Under the pieces are notes generated by a model. That model did not search any database. It was not told where the DNA came from and saw only the letters and a program-made list of their open reading frames with translations. Shown in pieces: positions 59,241-64,000 of a stretch of DNA of 64,000 nucleotides. Numbering within the stretch: position 1 is the stretch's first letter; each line of letters opens with the position of its first letter. Both the position numbers and the translations under genes were made by a program. Source of the stretch: Bacteroidia bacterium (GTDB taxonomy: Bacteria; Bacteroidota; Bacteroidia; M30B66); NCBI GenBank assembly GCA_965279035.1, contig OZ257142.1, positions 1,184,001-1,248,000 of the forward strand. Direction: 5' to 3'.

Positions 59241-61136
59241 ATGTCAGAAATCAATCAGGACACACCAGAAACTACTGCTGCTGCAGAAGTAACTGAAACG
59301 TCCAAAGCCACAAAAGCTCCAGTTGCAGCCATTTCTAATCTAGATTTCGATTGGGACTCAGTGGGTAAAAAATCAAGTAACTACAGCAAAGCCGAGCGCG
59401 AGCGCATGGAATCGTTGTACGAAAAATCACTTAGCTCTATTACAGAACATGAAGTGGTTGATGGCGTAATTGTCGCCCTTACTTCAAAAGATGCCGTTGT
59501 AAATATCGGGTACAAATCCGATGGTATCGTTGCGCTTTCAGAACTTCGTTATGATCCAGATTTTAAAATTGGAGATCATCTTGAAGTGTATATCGAATCT
59601 AAGGAAGATAAAAACGGACAGTTACTTCTTTCTCATAAAAAAGCACGTTCTCTTAAATCTTGGGATCGTGTGAATTCGGCTCTTGAAAATGATGAAATCA
59701 TCAAAGGATATGTGAAATGCCGCACAAAAGGTGGACTTATCGTTGATGTTTTTGGAATTGAAGCTTTCCTTCCAGGTTCTCAAATTGATGTGAAGCCAAT
59801 TCGTGATTACGACGTTTACGTTGGTAAATCCATGGAATTCAAAGTGGTGAAAATCAACAAAGAATTCAAAAACGTTGTCGTTTCTCACAAAGCATTGATT
59901 GAAGAAGAACTCGAAGCTCAAAAAGCAGAGATTATTTCTAAATTGGAAAAAGGTCAAGTACTTGAAGGTACTGTGAAAAACATCACTTCATACGGTGTAT
60001 TTGTTGACCTTGGTGGTGTTGATGGATTAATCCACATTACAGACTTAAGTTGGGGTCGTATCAATCATCCTGAAGAAATCGTTAAACTCGATGAGAAAAT
60101 TCAGGTTGTTATTCTTGACTTTGATGAAGGCAAAAAACGCATCGCTCTTGGCTTGAAACAATTGACTTCACATCCTTGGGATAAAGTGGATGCAAACCTC
60201 AATGTAGGTGATAAAGTAAAAGGAAAAGTTGTTGTTCTAGCTGATTATGGTGCTTTTGTAGAAATTGAACCAGGATTTGAAGGTCTAGTTCACGTTTCTG
60301 AAATGTCATGGTCACAACATTTACGTTCAGCTCAAGATTTCTTGAAAGTTGGTGATGAAGTAGAATGCATCATTTTGAGTCTTGATCGTGAAGAACGTAA
60401 AATGTCATTGGGTATTAAACAATTAATGCCTGATCCTTGGGCTGATATTGAAACGAAATATCCTGTGAATTCGAAACATTCTGCTAAAGTTCGCAATTTC
60501 ACCAACTTCGGTGTATTTGTAGAATTGGAAGAAGGTGTTGATGGATTAATTCACATTTCGGATCTAAGCTGGAGCAAGAAAATTAAGCATCCAAGTGAGT
60601 TCACTAAAATTGGTGAAGACATCGATGTAGTAGTTCTTGATACAGACAAAGAAAACCGTCGTTTAAGCCTTGGTCATAAGCAATTGGAAGAAAATCCTTG
60701 GGATGTTTTTGAAACAATCTTCACCGAAGGTTCAGTTCATCAAGGTACAATCACTGCATTGAACGATAAAGGTGGTGTAGTTTCTCTACCTTATGGTGTA
60801 GAAGGTTTTGCTCCAAACAAACACTTAACTAAAGCCGATGGAACTATTGCGAAAGCAGAAGATACACTTGACTTTAAAGTGATTGAATTCGCTAAAGACA
60901 GCAAAAAAATCATCGTTTCTCATGCTCGTACTCACGAGGAAGAAAAAGCTGCTTCACCTCATGTGAAAGAAAGCGATTCGAAAGAGAAAAGTGCAGATGA
61001 TTCTAAAAAAGCATCTCGTAAAGTGAAAGACAATGTTGAGAAATCTACGTTGGGTGATCTTGATGTTCTTGCTAATTTGAAATCTGATCTTGAACAAAGC
61101 GAGAAAAAAGCCGCTGCTAAAAAATCAAAAGGCTAA
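59241..61136 (+). CDS. rpsA: 30S ribosomal protein S1
   Basis: Six S1 repeats (AFLPGSQID, YGVFVDLGGVDGLIHITDLSW, GLVHVSEMSW, GLIHISDLSW). Confidence 0.97.
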   Translation: MSEINQDTPETTAAAEVTETSKATKAPVAAISNLDFDWDSVGKKSSNYSKAERERMESLYEKSLSSITEHEVVDGVIVALTSKDAVVNIGYKSDGIVALSELRYDPDFKIGDHLEVYIESKEDKNGQLLLSHKKARSLKSWDRVNSALENDEIIKGYVKCRTKGGLIVDVFGIEAFLPGSQIDVKPIRDYDVYVGKSMEFKVVKINKEFKNVVVSHKALIEEELEAQKAEIISKLEKGQVLEGTVKNITSYGVFVDLGGVDGLIHITDLSWGRINHPEEIVKLDEKIQVVILDFDEGKKRIALGLKQLTSHPWDKVDANLNVGDKVKGKVVVLADYGAFVEIEPGFEGLVHVSEMSWSQHLRSAQDFLKVGDEVECIILSLDREERKMSLGIKQLMPDPWADIETKYPVNSKHSAKVRNFTNFGVFVELEEGVDGLIHISDLSWSKKIKHPSEFTKIGEDIDVVVLDTDKENRRLSLGHKQLEENPWDVFETIFTEGSVHQGTITALNDKGGVVSLPYGVEGFAPNKHLTKADGTIAKAEDTLDFKVIEFAKDSKKIIVSHARTHEEEKAASPHVKESDSKEKSADDSKKASRKVKDNVEKSTLGDLDVLANLKSDLEQSEKKAAAKKSKG

Positions 61137-61157
61137 TTCTTAAATAATTCAACTCTT

Positions 61158-61191
61158 AAACGCCCATCTGCATAGGATGGGCGTTTTTTTT
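61158..61191 (+). terminator. Rho-independent terminator after rpsA
   Basis: AAACGCCCATC-tgcatag-GATGGGCGTTTTTTTT. Confidence 0.9.
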
Positions 61192-61263
61192 ATGCTTAAT
61201 CGTATTTTTTTACCCTGAATCTCCAGCTAGAATACTTATATATTTGCCTCAAGTAGTTTTTGC

Positions 61264-61800
61264 ATGCAGCCACGGATCATTTTTGATCATAATCAATTTC
61301 AGCTTACTCTCAAACGCTTGTGTTATCAGCTTATCGAGAATCACAACGACTTTGAAAATACAGTTATCGTTGGATTGCAACCACGAGGTGTCCTTCTTTC
61401 TCGATGCATTCATAATGAACTTAAACTACTTCTTGGGACTTCAATCGTTTATGGAGAATTGGATACAACCTTCTTTCGTGACGATTTTCGGATGAAACCT
61501 TTAGTACCCAATACTACTTCAATGAATTTTGATGTAGAAGGGAAAAAAGTAATATTGATTGATGATGTACTTTTTACTGGACGATCCATTCGTGCTGCTT
61601 TAGACGCACTTCAACATTTTGGTCGTCCTGCCATTGTTGAATTACTGGTATTGGTCAATCGTAGATTAAGCCGTCATGTTCCTGTTCAACCAGATTATAC
61701 TGGAATTACAGTTGATGCCATCTTCTCCGAACAGGTAGTGCTCAACTGGAGTTTGGATGATACAATTGCTGAGGTTTTATTAAAAAATAAGGAATCCTAA
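61264..61800 (+). CDS. pyrR: PyrR, bifunctional pyr regulator / uracil phosphoribosyltransferase
   Basis: GLQPRG, GELDTTFFRDD, VILIDDVLFTGRSIRAALDAL, PVQPDYTG; upstream of pyrB. Confidence 0.92.
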   Translation: MQPRIIFDHNQFQLTLKRLCYQLIENHNDFENTVIVGLQPRGVLLSRCIHNELKLLLGTSIVYGELDTTFFRDDFRMKPLVPNTTSMNFDVEGKKVILIDDVLFTGRSIRAALDALQHFGRPAIVELLVLVNRRLSRHVPVQPDYTGITVDAIFSEQVVLNWSLDDTIAEVLLKNKES

Positions 61801-61802
61801 TC

Positions 61803-62723
61803 ATGCTGAGTGTTCGCCATTTGCTTGGAATCAAATATCTTCAGAAGGAAGACATAGAACTTATCCTCCATACGGCAGACAATTTTCTTGATGTAATCAA
61901 TCGTCCAATAAAAAAAGTTCCCTCTTTACGCGACATCACAATTGTCAATCTATTTTTTGAAAATTCTACTAGAACACGATTGTCATTTGAATTAGCAGAA
62001 AAAAGACTTTCTGCTGATGTTATAAATTTTAGTGCATCATCCTCTTCTGTTAGCAAAGGTGAAACGCTTGTCGATACAGTCAATAACATACTTGCCATGA
62101 AAGTAGACATGGTGGTTATGCGACATCCGAAAGCAGGAGCTGCTCATTTTCTTTCTCAAAAAATTAATGCTAAAATCATTAATGCTGGTGATGGTGCCCA
62201 CGAACATCCAACACAGGCCTTGCTTGATGCATTTTCAATACGTCGAAAATTAGGATCTCTTGAAGGGAAAAAAGTTGCTATCATAGGCGATATACTCCAC
62301 TCGAGAGTAGCCTTATCTAATATTTTCTGTTTGAAAAAAATGGGTGCTGAAGTCATTGTGTGTGGCCCACCAACATTAATTCCTCGAGATATAGAATCTT
62401 TAGGTGTTCGTGTAGAAACCAATCTTAAAAAAGCGCTCGATTGGTGCGATGTAGCTAATATGCTTCGTATTCAATTAGAACGTCAGGATATCAATTATTT
62501 TCCTTCTTTGAGAGAATATGCCATGTTATATGGTTTGAATAAAGAGCTCCTAAATAACCTAAATAAAGAAATTGTTATTATGCATCCTGGTCCAATAAAT
62601 CGGGGTGTGGAAATTACATCTGAAGTCGCCGATAGTTCGCATTCCATTATTCTTCAGCAAGTTGAAAACGGTGTTGCGATCCGAATGGCGGCTCTTTATC
62701 TACTAGCAAATCGACCCGATTAA
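61803..62723 (+). CDS. pyrB: Aspartate carbamoyltransferase catalytic subunit
   Basis: FFENSTRTRLSFE, KGETL, NAGDGAHEHPTQALLD, MHPGPINRG. Confidence 0.96.
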   Translation: MLSVRHLLGIKYLQKEDIELILHTADNFLDVINRPIKKVPSLRDITIVNLFFENSTRTRLSFELAEKRLSADVINFSASSSSVSKGETLVDTVNNILAMKVDMVVMRHPKAGAAHFLSQKINAKIINAGDGAHEHPTQALLDAFSIRRKLGSLEGKKVAIIGDILHSRVALSNIFCLKKMGAEVIVCGPPTLIPRDIESLGVRVETNLKKALDWCDVANMLRIQLERQDINYFPSLREYAMLYGLNKELLNNLNKEIVIMHPGPINRGVEITSEVADSSHSIILQQVENGVAIRMAALYLLANRPD

Positions 62724-62809
62724 ACTTGTTTTGAATTTCATTTTTGGAATTCGATCAACCGTTGCGGCATTCAATCCTTTTACGTAGGTTTGAACAAATG
62801 TTATTGAGT

Positions 62810-63181
62810 ATGCAATTCGCTCACGAAAAGACAGAGCATTATACAATTTTGAAGGTGTTAGCTGAAAAGCTCGACAGTACTATCGCACCGGATTTGAAGT
62901 CGGAACTTCTCTTATTAAGCAAAGACGGAGTAGTAAATGTCATTTTAGATTTGACAAACACGCGTTATTGCGATTCTTCCGGACTTTCTTCTGTGCTTGT
63001 TGGTAACAGATTATGTAAAAATGAAAATGGAACATTAGTTCTTGTTGGGCTTCAGCCTTCAGTAAGAAAACTAATCACTATTTCTCAATTGGATCCAGTT
63101 TTACATATTGTTCCAACGGTAAGTGAGGCAATTGACTATCTCTTTATGGAGTCGATTGAAAAAGATTTGAATAACGAATAA
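62810..63181 (+). CDS. STAS domain protein (anti-sigma factor antagonist)
   Basis: KLDSTIAPDLK, ILDL....YCDSSGLS (phosphorylatable Ser). Start at ATG 62798 or 62810. A -7 motif TAGGTTTG lies at 62785-62792. Confidence 0.88.
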   Translation: MQFAHEKTEHYTILKVLAEKLDSTIAPDLKSELLLLSKDGVVNVILDLTNTRYCDSSGLSSVLVGNRLCKNENGTLVLVGLQPSVRKLITISQLDPVLHIVPTVSEAIDYLFMESIEKDLNNE

Positions 63182-63191
63182 AAAATCAATT

Positions 63192-64000
63192 ATGCTAAAA
63201 CGCTACTTCTTGGCTGCTTTTGCAGTAGTCACTTTTCAGGTAATTGCATCAGCTCAATGCACTCCTAACATAATGTATCAAGATTCATCATTTGGAATTT
63301 GGCCCGATACCGTTACCAATTTGCCTTGTGCTTTTGCCGATGAAGTTGGAGGATATAATGCGGTAATCAATATAAAAACACTTACAGATACAACTGTTAC
63401 TGTTACTGGATTTGGCAACGTAGCAGCATACATTGAAGCGTTTCGAGTGAATGGGGTTTCTGGTTTGCCTGCCGGATTTACATATATACCCAATCAAACT
63501 ACATGGACAAACCTTGGTACTGTACCTGCTTATATTTCAGTACAAGGATGTATGTCAGTTTTAGCTACCCAATCGGCTATCCAAAATATTATTTCTAATA
63601 ATCCTGCTGGCGCTGATTTTCCTTTGGTTGTTACTGTTGATGCTAAAATCAATTCGACTGACAACACCTTGGCTAATTTTGTTTTAGCTGGAAAGTGGCT
63701 ATCGGAGGTGACATCTATTCCTGGTGTTCAAGCAATTCCTGTTACTGGATATAGTATAAAAGTTCGTCCTAGCTCATCGGCTGGTTGTGTTCCATTAGCT
63801 ACAATTGAAGTCAATAATTCTTCGTTCGATATCCAAGGAAACTTTCCAAATCCATTCTCAGGGATGACCGAAATTCGCTACACTTCTGCAAATCGCAAAG
63901 AAGTTTCTTTCGAAATTAGGAATATGGTTGGAAAACAAATTTTAAATCGCACAATTAAAGCTGAACGTGGCTCTAATTCGATCACAGTGAATTCAGATCA
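63192..64000 (+). CDS. T9SS type A CTD cargo protein (3' end runs off the window)
   Basis: Absent from the ORF track. Hand translation gives MLKRYFLAAFAVVTFQVIASAQCTPN...GIWPDT...GLPAGF...NFPNPFSGMTEIRY...IRNMVGKQI, open to the window end. Confidence 0.85.
   Translation, partial: MLKRYFLAAFAVVTFQVIASAQCTPNIMYQDSSFGIWPDTVTNLPCAFADEVGGYNAVINIKTLTDTTVTVTGFGNVAAYIEAFRVNGVSGLPAGFTYIPNQTTWTNLGTVPAYISVQGCMSVLATQSAIQNIISNNPAGADFPLVVTVDAKINSTDNTLANFVLAGKWLSEVTSIPGVQAIPVTGYSIKVRPSSSAGCVPLATIEVNNSSFDIQGNFPNPFSGMTEIRYTSANRKEVSFEIRNMVGKQILNRTIKAERGSNSITVNSD

Noticed and set aside
63278-63497. Minus-strand ORFs near the window end
   Set aside because: They are antisense to the plus-strand T9SS cargo gene starting at 63192.

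Overview
Mostly core-genome stretch of an AT-rich, free-living Bacteroidota chromosome. The assignment rests on TAnnTTTG -7 promoter motifs, several type IX secretion (T9SS) cargo C-terminal domains and PorQ. Housekeeping genes include uvrC (partial), rnr, glpD, rluD, polX, sppA, folK, mutS, waaA, fabD, cmk, ispH, rpsA and pyrR-pyrB. There are two tRNAs (Gly-GCC, Leu-TAA), a ten-gene nucleotide-sugar cluster with no glycosyltransferases, a ~2700-aa SprB-repeat adhesin and a DUF433/DUF5615 toxin-antitoxin pair. I see no integrase, transposase, prophage or CRISPR array. The most interesting items are: (1) a tandem two-domain D-Ala-D-Ala ligase whose halves carry different active-site substitutions; (2) a two-gene exosortase / PID-CTERM micro-substrate module predicted to yield a ~10-13-residue membrane-anchored peptide; (3) tandem tRNA-Leu 3'-end remnants with an 18-bp palindrome in the T-loop; (4) a Flavo-1-like structured element behind tRNA-Gly; (5) a heptamer array beside a codon-shifted polX 3' end; (6) several probable leaderless genes. 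All family calls come from motif recognition by eye; no database searches were run.
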